DNA of 61,708 nucleotides, the filler included, from Platydemus manokwari (Eukaryota): the NCBI GenBank assembly GCA_037951405.1. It is 5 parts of 5 records of this genome, joined end to end, with 100 filler letters (N's around TTAATTAATTAA, not from the genome) between each part and the next. Parts side by side here need not be neighbours in the genome. Positions count along the whole stretch, not along the records: positions 22,101 to 31,299 come from JBBMOY011284206.1; positions 31,400 to 44,616 come from JBBMOY011795838.1; 3 more parts are not named here. One strand, 5' to 3'. Numbering within the stretch: the first letter of the stretch is position 1; the number at the start of each line of letters is the position of its first letter. Position numbers and translations under genes: made by a program. The notes beneath the pieces were generated by a model, which ran no database searches, was not told where the DNA came from, and worked only from the letters and a program-made list of their open reading frames with translations. Positions 25,800-39,500 of the stretch are shown in pieces.

Positions 25800-28130
25800 A
25801 GTGGAACAAAAGGAGTCTAATTTAAGAAATAAAATGATTGTGATAAGGATAAAATTGTTGAAACACTACTATCAATGCATTTTTGTTGATCGACTTTGAC
25901 AATGAAATAACTGAAGAGCTTTACTCGGGACTAATATTTAATGAATTACACTAGAGTGATATCGGAGTCAATAAATCTATTCATTGTCGGCATTATCTTC
26001 TACTTGAACTCGAATGATTTTTGTCGGTATTTATTTCGTCCGATAAAGAAGACCCTACCCAGTGTATTATTACTATCATCGTTGCTATAGTTATGAATTG
26101 GATTTACCATTAACAATAAAATCGATACGAAAATTGAATCTGGTCAGGTTTTGTATTTTCCTTAAGTCGAAAATCTGACGAAATAAGATTTGAGTTGAAA
26201 CTTAAAGATGTAACATAAAAACGCAACTCAAACTCTAAATCTTACGCAACAAAAAAGGTTCAACGTTTTGTACATATTGTTTAAGTTAGCGTCATCTATT
26301 GATATTTGCGTGAGGAATGCGTTTATTGGCCGAATGGTAACAAATGGTTATGATATGGCTGTTGGATCGATTTCACCTCCATGAATTATTTAATACGGAG
26401 GTGTAGAAAGGCTTATGAAAACGATTTATTGATCGAATACCTGTTAGGATTGTTATTTCATCAGTTCAAAGGTTTAACTTTTCATTATCCCGAATTAATC
26501 AATATTTCGATTTATTCCTTTGTCAGGGCAACTCTGAATTGATGGATGATTTATTTTTAAAAAGTGCGTGACACGATTGACATTGATTTAACTGATATTG
26601 AAAATCAATATCTCGACTCATTGCTTTTATAAAAATTTCAGAAAATCGTAAGAAACAATTCCAATTTATGGTAAACAAAGAAATTATTAAAAAGTTAAAA
26701 ATTTCAAACACAAATGCTGATTTATAAAAATATGCCCGAACGGATTATTAGATCTGTGGTGTTCAATAGTTTTATGAATGTTGTTAATAAGAACTGTGAA
26801 TGCAATCATCTATTTCTGGTGAGATATTCACAATGAAGACAATTCCAATGACTGATAATTTCATGTGCTCATCAGTATCTGATAGGATTTCCAATTCATC
26901 ACTAAATGATTTGGTGAATGTGAACACTGTGCAATTTTCAGCTCCAATCAAAACGCTGACCATTTGGTTGTGTGTATTTGTTGTAATAGGATTTCAATAC
27001 GCAGTCACCATGTTACTCACAATAATCTCATGGTTCAAGGTCGTTTGATTTGGTCATCGAATCAATTGTTTTCTACGAGAGATGCTTAAATAACAGTGAA
27101 CGATTAAATCAATGGGAAATTATTGAAATGGAGCGATATTTCATTGAATATAATTAATGAAATAATAATTTAATAATATAATCAAATATATTTACTGATA
27201 ATCAATATTTTTTCCATACAGTAGGTCATTGAAAGGAATTGCAGAAAATTTATAGAAAAATAATAATTTTTTTTGAAAATTTTCTGTTTTGTCGAGTTAT
27301 TGTGGATTCATTGTCTGAGAGGAATGGAAAACAATGGATTTGTTTTTATGAATTTTTATAAAGAGAAATTTTTTGAAGAGATTGCATCGATTTGTATTCG
27401 ATCTAGAAATTTATCGATAAATATTAGAAATATTCTGAATAAAATCAATATTTCGACATTGACGGCCTGTGTTTTTATTTTTTATACTTTTTTATTTCGA
27501 GATAACTCATTGTGTATCGAAATAACAATGGGTCGCATCGATCGACATTTTCTTTATTCAATTCATTCCAATAAATCATAATTGAAACTTTCTCCAATAT
27601 TCGACTAATTAAAGACTCGTTTTAACCGGATTATTCTTAGTGTTTCTAAAGAGTTGGAATAGAAAAATTTATTTTTACAAACAATGGTCGCCCAGTTAGA
27701 GAAAACGCAATTTAACTCCAACTGAATTGGCAATTAATGGGAGGACAAAATACTTTTCCTCTGGTTTCTTTTTTCAACGAATTTGTTTGTTAACACGATC
27801 TCATTAGGAGTTTCTATAAGCAGCGAATTGAAACAAAATCCGAGCAAAAAGTGAATTCAGTTTTTTTTCTACATTTTTCCAGTGAAAATATCGACATCGA
27901 TTCGATTTCTCATTGCCATTTTCTCTGAAATTAATGATGGCATACACAGTGGGTCGATCTTTGTGGGTCTTTGATCAGAGATAAAGTTACCTTTATTAGA
28001 AAATGGATTCATCTTTCTAACGATCAAAATTCTTAGCTTGATTTGGGAGATTAATTCAAGATTTTTACCTTCTCCATCATATTGTAACTGGATTAATGAC
28101 TTTGTAGATGCAACGGTTATTATGTTCAAT
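25800..28130 (-). pseudogene. Decayed cadherin/protocadherin-like coding relic
   Basis: Broken frames with cadherin-repeat-like spacing: RIDVDIFTGKM; LNHE...VTAY*NP...VSVLIGAENCTVFTF...E...VIGIV; IIRVQVEDNADN. Many stops. Confidence 0.4.
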
Positions 28131-28191
28131 GGGAGCTTTTGTTTTGTTATTTAAGAAGACTAAGAAACTATTTATTTATTATTTAAACAAG

Positions 28192-28860
28192 CACACTGTA
28201 AAATCCCGAATACAAGCGGCAGCACATATTAACTGCCTTATTTAATTTTCTATAATAAACAGTAAACCATAAATTTATTTAATTTTCTGCAATATTTTTA
28301 TTATTTTTAAATCCCCCTTATAAATGGCTAACAATAGTCAACCAAAAACATAAGCCGTGAAAATCTTTCAGTTCATCAAATAAAAATTTTTTTTGAAGTA
28401 GGTCATCGATTAGGAAACACAGTAAAATTTGCTGGAGGATATGATATCAACGAAATTGTGATTCGACGGTGAATCGTCCAATCCAGTTAGTAGAACTTTG
28501 CATGGTACTAACACTTGATATCCGGAATTGAAATCGAAATTACTAGAATGGATATAAATACAACTTGAACGAGAACTCCAATTGTCAGTCAATTGCAGGC
28601 ACATGCCATTTACAAAGAGTTGAAAACTGAAGGATTTATGGTGATAATTTTAAAAGTGAAGAAGATTAAGAAGAAATAAACAGTATAGTACAGACATTGT
28701 AAACGTTTCTGAAATTGGGCAGTTTAAAAGTCTTGACAAGAAATCTTCACTGTTATTGATGATGAAAACTATGATGGTTTTGAAGAATGTGATGTCAAAA
28801 AAATTAGCTCATTTTCAATCATCTATTGTTTTGCTTCAACATTCGCATAATTCCATACAT
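28192..28860 (+). mobile_element. pogo/Tigger (CENP-B-type HTH) DNA transposon fragment
   Basis: YPELKSKLLEWI*IQLERELQLS resembles the CENP-B HTH; upstream CTGTAAAATCCCGAATACAAGC resembles a pogo/Tc2-type TIR; no right TIR found. Confidence 0.5.
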
Positions 28861-31199
28861 GGAATTAAACAGGTTTTGGTCATACAAGATACAATTAATA
28901 ATAGCTGCAGATAAAATGCCTTATTTTTACCCGCTAACCAACAGCTAATTCTAAAAGTTTCACTGTAATGAAATCCGAATATTAAAATAATATATTTTCG
29001 AACACATAAAAATAGATTTTTCCCCAATACAAACTGCTGGTTATAAAATAAAAAGAAACCCTTGTGCATAATTAGGTGTGTAATAAAGTATAAATGCACT
29101 TTTTCTTTTATTGATAACTCGATTTTAACCTGAAATCCATAAAACAGTGCAAAAACCAATAGAAATTGTGAAATCGTACTTTCTAAATAATTCGATGGTT
29201 CACAACAAGTGATGGTAAAGCAAAGGAGAACTACTGTTATAAATTCGGAAAAAAATATTGCTTCACCACTGTCGATTCAGTTCTATTTGAAAAAAGGCTT
29301 AATCTGACGAATCAGAAGCGAGCTCATCAGTAAGTAGTGTAATTCTATTGATTGTTAGTAATTAGTGAATCAGTTGCTTAGTTTTTCGGTTTTCGATACA
29401 CACAATCTTTGTCAAGAGGTGGAGGAGATTTGTTTTCCTTACTATATTCATGAAGTATTAAGTTTTCCACTGCAACAGAATAATGATGCTCATAATTCGA
29501 AATAGGTTCATTTGATAACGATTCACCCACAACCTAACTTGAGCAAATCGAAATGATGGCATACAAGGTTCCATTTAAAAACAATTATCGATAATTATTA
29601 ACGATGATCATTGGACTTGCTTGTGGATTTGGTTTAGCATTTCACGATGACTGTAAGCGATGAGTTATTTCATTTGCATAACAGGCTGAAAAAGTATGAG
29701 TTTTTGGAATTGTTTACTTCATTAGTGAAGAGGCAAAAGTGTTCACCTTATATTAACATCTGTGATCTTTATTATAATTCATCTTTATCATAAACAGCAT
29801 GTCTTATTTTATTTGGATCGATTTATATTTTTATTGATTTTCAACGGTTGTCGGGATCTCGAGAGAAATGCAAATTTTGTTTCTAATTTGATAATGGATC
29901 GTCAAATGCTGGTCTTCCCTACTACTGTTTGCCTATTTATTGATGCTTTAAAGTTGCTAATTAAGCATATCAATGTGGTTTTAAATAGGAACGAGAATTC
30001 GTTTACAATAAACTGTATTTATTTTGTAGTGTGTTTTGTACCTTTTATTAATTGTAAAAGCTTGTTTTGATATCGCTTGTTATAATTATCTGATGGAAAG
30101 GTGAATGGTCCTGGTGATGGTTGAGTTAGAAATTCTAAGTATAGTTTTGTTGTCTTCCTTGTAGTTTTAGAAAAAAATAAATGATAAGGAATTTTAAATT
30201 TGATATAACATGTATTGAGATAACAAACAAATATTAAATATCCGATATCCGACTCCAAAGAAAATGACGAAGGCTGTTTAATAAAATATAATCGTCATTA
30301 ACACAAGTACAAGCTCATATATAGAATTGCCATTCAAATATAGACACCAATGATTAAATAATAAGTCGTTAATTAGCTGAAGTAACCAAGCATAATTTAG
30401 TTTTTTATTATAGGGTTCTATTGTCTTATATAAGAATGAATTTGAGTCACCAGTGCTTTTCCTGCAAGAGCCCTAGTTGTTGATTAACTTGCTGATGGTT
30501 GGGTACATGCGTGCCAGTAAGTAATCTTGGTTAATATCGATTTTACGCTGAGATTTAATTCAATTAATAGAACAGTTATACTGGGTCCAATCCACATAAT
30601 TTAAGGATGACAGCATTATTAAAATTCATAATTATTATTATCATTATTATTATCATTATTATTATGATTTAATTTCGACAATAGCAAATTACGTGAATCA
30701 AATAAAAGGATCGAAATAGTTTTCGTAACGAAAATGATTTCTTCTTCACTTATTGTTTCCAATAATCGATTTTCCGAGAGACAGAATTTTTCTAATAAAT
30801 CGTTAAAGACTTTGTTTCTATCTGCAGTGGGATCCGGTAACCAGCAGTTACGTGGGCATGTTCATGGGCTTGCTCAGATTGTTTCTTACGACAATTTTGT
30901 TGTTTTCATATTTATTTTTACCTGTTTGCTTTTAAGAAACTTTTTTTGCATCATTTTTGATGGATTTTGATTTACTTTTTTGTTTTATGCGCAGTTCGCA
31001 TTTTAGTGGAATGGATGTGCTGCAGAAACAGATAATCTTTTGATTTTTCTGTTGGGAAAATGGAACTGGTGTCTGACTTTAAGACTAAGAATGATAAAAC
31101 GCTGTTTACTACCAATGGACTGTGAAATAAGAAGAATATTCTAGGAGCCAAGACATTTATTTTTAGTAGGTATTATTTCCAATGTGATTGTCACTGTAA

Positions 31200-31235
31200 T
31201 ATTATTATTACTAAAATAATTATATTATTATTATC

Positions 31236-31299
<64 letters not shown>

Positions 31300-31427
31300 N
31301 NNNNNNNNNNNNNNNNNNNNNNNNNNNNNNNNNNNNNNNNNNNTTAATTAATTAANNNNNNNNNNNNNNNNNNNNNNNNNNNNNNNNNNNNNNNNNNNNT
31401 TTAATAATAATAACAATAATAATAATG

Positions 31428-31473
<46 letters not shown>
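31200..31473. repeat. (ATT)n / (AAT)n microsatellites flanking an assembly spacer (31300-31399)
   Basis: TTA runs left of the spacer, AAT runs right of it. Confidence 0.95.
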
Positions 31474-31474
<1 letters not shown>

Positions 31475-34400
31475 TTTGGAATCTACTTCTGAACAACTGA
31501 ATAATTACTGACTCCAAAACTGATGGTTATAAACCTTATTTCTAATCCGCGTACTAATCAGAACTACTTACAAAATAACATAAGTACAGATAAACTCGTT
31601 TTACAACTAATACTCGTACTACTCAAAAACAGCCAGAACCTGGATTCTTAATGGCATTTGGCCACCTTTACATAAATATGTATACTCGAGATCTGTGTGT
31701 AATTTTCGTGTCATGTTTGTATCACATTTTTACTTTTCCGCGTTCCCATTGGGTTCATCAGTTATTGTATGAGTGGGATTGGTCAAACCATATGTGTGCG
31801 TTGTTGTATGACTATGTCCCTTTTTCCAATTGTCGTTTACCTTACAACTCCGCTATGATTGGTCTGTTACTATGCTTGCATGATTGTGTAGATGTGCAAA
31901 TGTTTAAAATGCTAAAACAGGGGTTCCTGTGTGCAAATCCGTTTTTCTTGTGCAGAAATTTAATCTCAATCAACAACAGTAATAATAATATTAATAACTT
32001 ATAAACACGTATATGAGAAGGTTTTATAGTAAATTGAAATTTGATATTCTGATGTGAATCAGGAAACTCATTTTAACAGAAAACCACAATTTTTACGATT
32101 AACCCTTATTAAAGATAGCGAATTCTAAAGACATGTTGAGAAGTAAAAGCAAAAACAATTATTAAATGTATATCTCTTAATTAGAGTAAACCATTCTCCA
32201 AATTTCCGGATTCAACTAAGTGGCTGATAGATTTTTAGTTTTCTATGTTTGATTATTGATTGAAAAGTGTCAAGTTTGTTTAATGGTTAAATAAACCTTA
32301 ATTAGCACAACAATTGACGAGGTTTTGATGTTAAGTTTATCTTATAAACTACACAATGTCACTTATATAGCAAGCTTATATAGAATTTCTTGAAAGTGTA
32401 AATCATTATCGGAACACTAAACATATATCTCACTTTCTCTTTTTAGTTAATTTTTAATTGTCAATCTAATTTTTTATGATTTCTCTTATTATATCTCTAT
32501 ATTACCACGACAACGGCTTCAATTACCACTAGAATGAATTGATTTAATTTAAATGATTCATCCTTAACCATTAATAAATTAATTGATCAGAATTTTTGCA
32601 TTTGTTGCATATTGATTTTAATAATTATTTCAATTGATAAAAAAATTTACACAAATCGCCGAACGAGAAACAACATCATAAACAAGCTGAAGAACTGATC
32701 GAAAACAGTCAAAAAAATTCAAACTTTTGGTTCACAGCTAATTATTAGAAAATTATTATGCCAACTTGTATTGATATCAATTTTTCAAAAATTGTTTCAA
32801 CATTCTGCGATTCAATATATGTTTGTATATAATGAATTGATCAGTCAATCACATTCTAAATCTATAATTTCAACTTGGCATTTTGTCAAATCTTTCCTGA
32901 TATTCATTAAATATTTTCAGCCAAGCTATTATTTATAACATAACTGTACCATTTATGATTTGCTAACCAAATCAAATTTTCATTCTAATTAATAATATTT
33001 AGGCTAAACACATTTTATATAATGTGAAATATATTTCTAATTATGAAACATAAAATTTGTGGAATCATAAAATAATTTCAAAAATAATTTGTTGCAAAAT
33101 CTATTAGTGAAATCGATAATTACAAAAGGTGATAGAAGTAATGATAACTGAGTATTTCTCCTTCGGAATTCAAACTGAACAAAAGCAATATTTGTATAAG
33201 ACAAGTTCTTATCAAGCTCTATCAAAAATTATCAAAATAAACTTTATAATCATCTGGTTATTTGAATTAATGTACTTACGTCAATTCATTACGGTTCGCC
33301 TGGGCTGGTTTTAATGTTATTATTGTGGAGATTTACCATTATAATTAAATGTTTGAGTAATAGGCTCAATGATTAAATCCAATCCCATTTGCCTAAATCT
33401 ATAAGTTATATTTAGAAAATATTTTGTATTAATTATTTTCATTACAGTTTTTTCTAAACGAATTCAATAAGAGATTTTAATTGGAAAATAATGATTGTGA
33501 TTTTGTTGAGATTCATTTTATAATTTCGTAAAAGTGCAGTGTTAAAGATTGATTTGAGACATTTGATAGTTTTAATCGATATCTTTAATTAACTTTTAAC
33601 TGTTTTCTATAAAAGTGTACTCATTTTTCAGATTTCTTGATTAATAAATAGAAACGACTTTTAATTAATGGTTTGATTGGAATATTGATTTAAGATGTTG
33701 CTCACTTGTTTGGATTATTTTCTGTTCATTTATGAAGATTAGAAAATAAATATTAATTAAATAAAAATATATATTTTTATTAAAACTATTATTAAGATTA
33801 AAAAATTTAAAATGGAAATTTGTTTAAATATTATTATAAAATAAATTTTTATGAATTGGCAGCAGCTTAACAAGCTTGAATTTACAGAAAACAAAATGAG
33901 TTAGTTTTAGCTAAAAACGTTGGCTTTGTTTTATGATATGGAAGATAGGTTAGGATATCTCCAACTAGTGGGAATAATGCCATCTATTATTTCGTATCTC
34001 AATCTAGCGGATCGGTTTACTCTTTTTTGACTAGCTTCATTAAATAAACCAAACAAACAAATAAACTGTAAAATTTAATTTATTAAGTGCTTGGTTACAA
34101 TATTTGAATGTTATTTGTTATCCATCATGACTTATTGTCACAATATATTTACACCATCAAACTTTGTTATTATAAACTATTAATTATTATTGATAATTTT
34201 AGAGCTATTTTTAAAATATTGTTATTATTAGTTGTGCGATGATTCACATTGTAAATATTTTCATCATAATAAACATTATAAAAGTTCAAAAATTGCCAAA
34301 ATTTTCAAAAAAAATATTATTTCAATTATTTGTAGCTTGGTTCTTTATTATATACTTAGATATATGGTTAAATAAGTAGTACAGAACACACAGAAATTAA

Positions 34401-36419
34401 TGCGGATAGCCAATGATTTAAACGAAAATATATTAAACCATGATAATTGTGAAATGATAAATTAGAAAATTAACTTTTCAAATGAGATTAGGATCTTATA
34501 TCTATACCGACCGAGTCATTTAATTTTTTTTTCTAGTTGAAAATTGTGAAAATATCCATTTCCCATAATTTTAAAATTGCTTCAAGATTTAAAATAATGA
34601 ATCAAGTTGTTTTGAGAACTCTGTTGTCTAGAAAGCTTAAGAAAATCTTAATTGAAGTTAATATCAAAAATAATATAAACCACCAACAATTCAGTGTGGA
34701 ATCTTGTTTCAAACCTACGAATATACACAATCGCTTCAATTTTTATAATTCTAAGTGTTTGTTTATTTGTCTTTGAATTTTATTCGTCATTCTCTGTCAA
34801 TAAAATTTTTGTTACAATGTGATATTTTTGAAAATGGTGATTAGTCAGGCTCTATTTGATTTAAATGGATTTATAATAGTTATATTGTTTTGTACATCGT
34901 TTGTATATTTTTTGAGAATTATCTTTGTGATGTGTGACCATTGGATTTATGATTTTATTTACTGGCTCTGAAGAGGCCTTAATAACGGTGACAAAACTAT
35001 AGGAAATTTTACTTAAATAAAAAGAAAAATCTATAAGAGACTTAGATAATATCATATTTTTGATTTGAATGTAACTAACTATATCGACGAAACTTGGATA
35101 CGATACTTGAAGAATTTCAGTTTTGAATGTGTGTTCCAAAGTGTTACCCGAGTACTCTACTACTTTGAAAATATCCACTCGACATATATTGAGTTCAAAT
35201 AAAAGAACAAAGAAATTTGTAATTAAATTTGAGTGCCAGAATTTCTTAAGTGAATTAACCTGTCATTAAAGGTTGCTCAAGTAAGAGCTGATAAATCGAA
35301 ATAATTAACAATGCCCTAGAAAATTTTTGATATCATCAGTGATTACAAATAGTTCTTCGTATAATAATCCCTACCGTAGTGTAGAGTGTGCCAATGTGCA
35401 TTTTCTCAATTAGAAGTTTTTCAACGATGAGATTTCCAGTCATTACTGACCAAATTTTCAGTGCAATTTTGCGGTGCTTTTGAAGTCCACCTACCTACTA
35501 AAATGTCTTGTTATTCTCATTTCCTTTTAAAACTACCACTCGCATTTCAATTTTGTTTTCACTTGCTTAAAAATTCATATTGTTTATCTTTTCCCTGAAT
35601 TCTTTTCTAGCTATTTTATCTGATTTCATCTAGCTCTGATTTTTGGTTTTTTCTAAATTCTTTATTCTTAATTAATTCTAGTTGTCTTTGATTCTGCCGA
35701 TTATTTTAACACTAATATTATCATTATTTGTGATTATTACTAATATTACTGATTTGTCTTAATCATTATTAATCATAATTTATTTTATGGTTAATTTTAA
35801 TTTTTAGAATTTATTTCAATATTAATATCATTCATTATCCTTGTGCTGTAATATTACTTCATTACTAAATTTAATTTATAGTTCTTTTAATTTCTTACAT
35901 TTAGCAAAAGATAAAAATATTCGGGATTAACTAAACTCAATACTATTATTGCGTCTACACCAAAATATAAAATACAACAAATATGCACCCCTATGCTTTT
36001 CAATGCAAAAATATTGGCGAATATTAAATTTTTAAAATTTTATTTCATCAATCATTGATGTTTTAACGTTGGGATTTAAAACTGAAACTGTATTATTGTG
36101 CATTGAACTTTGGATTGATAGAATTGAAGATTATCTAATTACAATGAAGATAAACTGCAATAATCAATTAGTCCTTTCCAATTATCTAGAGATAGTGACT
36201 ACAACGTTTATTTATTAAACCTAGTTCTAGTATAGTTATAGTATGACTTCAAAATCAACAACGAAATAATAAATTTCCCTTCTTTCATCGACCTCACTTA
36301 AAATAGGCCTTCCTTGCATCGCCATTTATACTCGTGATTTGTACATGTTTTTCTTACAACTTCAATTTAGTCTATTGATTTGTCATGACTGGGAGTGTTG
36401 TAGTGTAGTCATGTCTTTA

Positions 36420-36545
36420 GCCAAATTGAAATCTTAAATCTACGTCATATCTGATTGGTTGGTTACTATGCCCACATGGTTGTGAAGGTATTCATGTTTG
36501 AACTATCAAAATAGTGGTTCGAAGGTAATAAAAGTCGTCATTTAG
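36420..36545 (+). repeat. Dispersed repeat, inverted copy at ~56195-56315
   Basis: TGATTGGTTGGTTACTATGCCCACATGGTTGTG...AAAATAGTGGTTCGAAGGT aligns with the reverse complement of 56195-56315 (TGACTGGCTGGTTGTTATGGCTGTGTGGTTGTG...AAAATAAAGGTTCCAAGGT). Confidence 0.65.
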
Positions 36546-39500
36546 TGTTAAAATTTATTTACACACCACGCTAATGGGGTCTTAATGTGATAACAGAATA
36601 TTACGCATTTTTGTTGAACCACACGAAAGCCTCTACTATTCATTTACCATTATAAAAATTGAAAATTAATTTTGTTTTCTAATAAATCTTAGGAGTGCTT
36701 GTTGTACAATCTTAACCGTCTATTCTAATATTTTTAAATGATACGCTATTGGTGTAATATACTAATCTTAAGATTAAACTAAGAATTTATTATAACAAAA
36801 AACGTCTTACTTTTATTTAATGGAAATAATTTGTTTAATTTTAAGTTCTGGATCTGTTACAATAACATTTTTCTAGAAAATATCATTAAAAAACAATTGC
36901 TTGATCAGTGAAATAATGCAGTTATCAAGTATCTAAAACGCTGTTATTAATGAACCACCACTTAGCCTGTTAAGATTGTCAGATTTGTCGTACACAATGG
37001 CGCTAATATTACATGGCAATTTAATCTATAACTGCAAGAAATGAAATTTATTGTACATAATATGTATTTTATTTATTTATCAATTTATTAAATTAAATTA
37101 TCGGTATCGCATAAAGATAATTATCTGAATTATATTTTATATTAACATATGATTATCACTATAAGTAACCGTTAAAATCATTGATTATCATTTTTTCACC
37201 AAATCACATAATTTGGCTGCATTCGTGATTTTAAAAATATCTGATATTCAAAGGAAAAAGATACAGTATGGATTTCCTGTAAATACTAAATCTGAAATAG
37301 AAATTACAGTAATTTATGAAAAACGTAACTTGGAACTAATACGGTAATGTATTTTTTTGAAATATTTTTTAATCATGAAGAATACGCTAAATAATATCGA
37401 AGTTTATCTAAATACTCGAAAGATTTTATAAGATTAAACATTGATATCATAATTATTAATATCATATAACTTTATCGAAAAGATAAACTGAGCAAATTGA
37501 TGTACGTAAATGTTTCTTTTGTATAAATGTTGATCAATAATGAAGTGACATGTCAAAAATTCAAATCAATCGCATGTTCATTGAGATTTATTTTGTAAAT
37601 TTCAAAGGTTATTTATTCTTTTTTCCAATCTATTCTCTTTACTTATCATTTTTCAAATGATTAAGAATATATAAAATTTTTGGGCTGTGCTATCTGAAAA
37701 CTCAACAGCTTAAGTTTGGTGGTTTTTTGACAAACTGTGGTTAATACAAAGGATACTTTTGAATATATGATAAAATTAATTATAATCCGAATTAATTGCG
37801 ATGATATTGTTTATGATAAAAATTATTATAAAAAAGATATAGTGAATGCGAATAATATGTGTTGATATTTTTCCTTTGAATTTATTATTATTAGATAAAA
37901 TCAAAATCTTGAGTACAATTAGATAACATATTATATTCAATCATAATTAAATGTAGACGTAATTTAGGTGACACTAACAATTTGTTATTGAAAAAAGGAG
38001 AAAAGAGCAGACTTGACGAGATCGTGATTATTTAATTTATAAAATTTAGAATATCTACTCTATCTAGTTGAAATATCGCTGGTTATGATGCTTCAATATT
38101 TATTGCTTTTATCTAAACGAAAAATTACACAATTTTTAATTAAATATTGTTTAATCAGATAAATTATTATTATTATGAATTATCAGTACATCGAGGTTAT
38201 GTTTATTTTTCTACTCACCCTTCAATTAGAATTCAATTTGCACTTTAAATCAAATCTCTAGGTATTTTGTATTTTTTGTTATTTTCTGGTTCTCGCATTT
38301 ATAAATATTTTTATCATTCATACAATTATTTCTAGTGGTGTGAATTATAGCAATTTATCTATTATCATTCTTGTTTTTTATTGACTTCTATTTTCGAATT
38401 GTCTTTTTGAAATTGCATTGGATTGGTTTGTGGACTCGCGAATTTTTTACTTCTTTATTTGCACAAGTCGAACATCATTTGTTCCCCAATGATAAGTCGA
38501 CATAGATTTGGATTCGAGTGTGAAATAAAAAGATTTTATGAATCAATACATTAAAAATAATTTAGTCCAAACAAAAAAATCCAAACATAGACAGTAAAGA
38601 CATGTCTCAGCAAAAATAAAAGAACAAATGAATTCGCTATGGTTTTATGAAGGGAGACTTTTTTTAAAAATATTTTTCAATATTTTCAAATCATTTTATG
38701 TAGAAAATGAGACTTAATTTCAGAATGAACCACAGTTGAAAAATAAGAGATTCATTTTCAATACATTGAAACTTGTTGTTACTTGAAAGTTTTTGGAATA
38801 AAACTAATACATCGTGACTAATTTTGTTACAATTATAATAGTGAAGCCACACTTTTTCATTGCAGTTACTAGGCGGTTATGCAGACCCGTAAAATCAGAC
38901 GAATTTGGTCAAAAGTCCTATTTTTTGAACTGAAATTTAAAAAGAATTTAGTAATAATAGAATGTCATCAATATTTTTTATCAATATAATAAACTTTTTT
39001 ATATTTTTGTTGTGTATTGAAATCAATATCAGGTGGGAAAAAATTATCAATTAAATAACATGTTAATTTAGAAAAAAATAATTAATATCGGAAAAATAAA
39101 AATAAGCAATCTGAGTAAAATGACATGTTTAGAGGTTTATAAATACCGAAATGAGTTTATTCAGAAAATTAAGAAAAAAAATAAAGAAGCGTTATTTTCC
39201 TATAACCAAGTTTACAGCATTATACGATAACGATAAATAGCAAAGCTAATAAACGTGAAATAATCATATTCTGGATAGATTGGATTAGTAAATATTGTGT
39301 GAAAATTTTGGTAAAAATTTGATCAAGCAAAATTGTGAAATAACATTAAAAAAGAAAAAATTAATTTTATAGCTAAATCGTATTAATAATATTGTTTATC
39401 TATTATTTTTTACATTTTAATTACATGTAAAGTTTGTGTAAAAATTGTGGTGCAGGATTTGAAAAATATTTATTATACTGAATTCCAATCTTTTATTTAG

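Noticed and set aside
25985-26070. HWVGS...SSRR*C resembling a phlebovirus-type Gc envelope motif
   Set aside because: The Cys-rich pattern of Gc is absent; another frame fits a cadherin motif better.
26850-26882. Minus-strand CTGATGA...GAAA
   Set aside because: Only 6 nt between the boxes, so no stem II; lies in coding-like sequence.
29553-29660. MAYKVPFKNNYR*LLTMIIGLACGFGLAF, like the first TM of an SLC1 transporter
   Set aside because: In-frame stop and no further supporting exons; too short to call.
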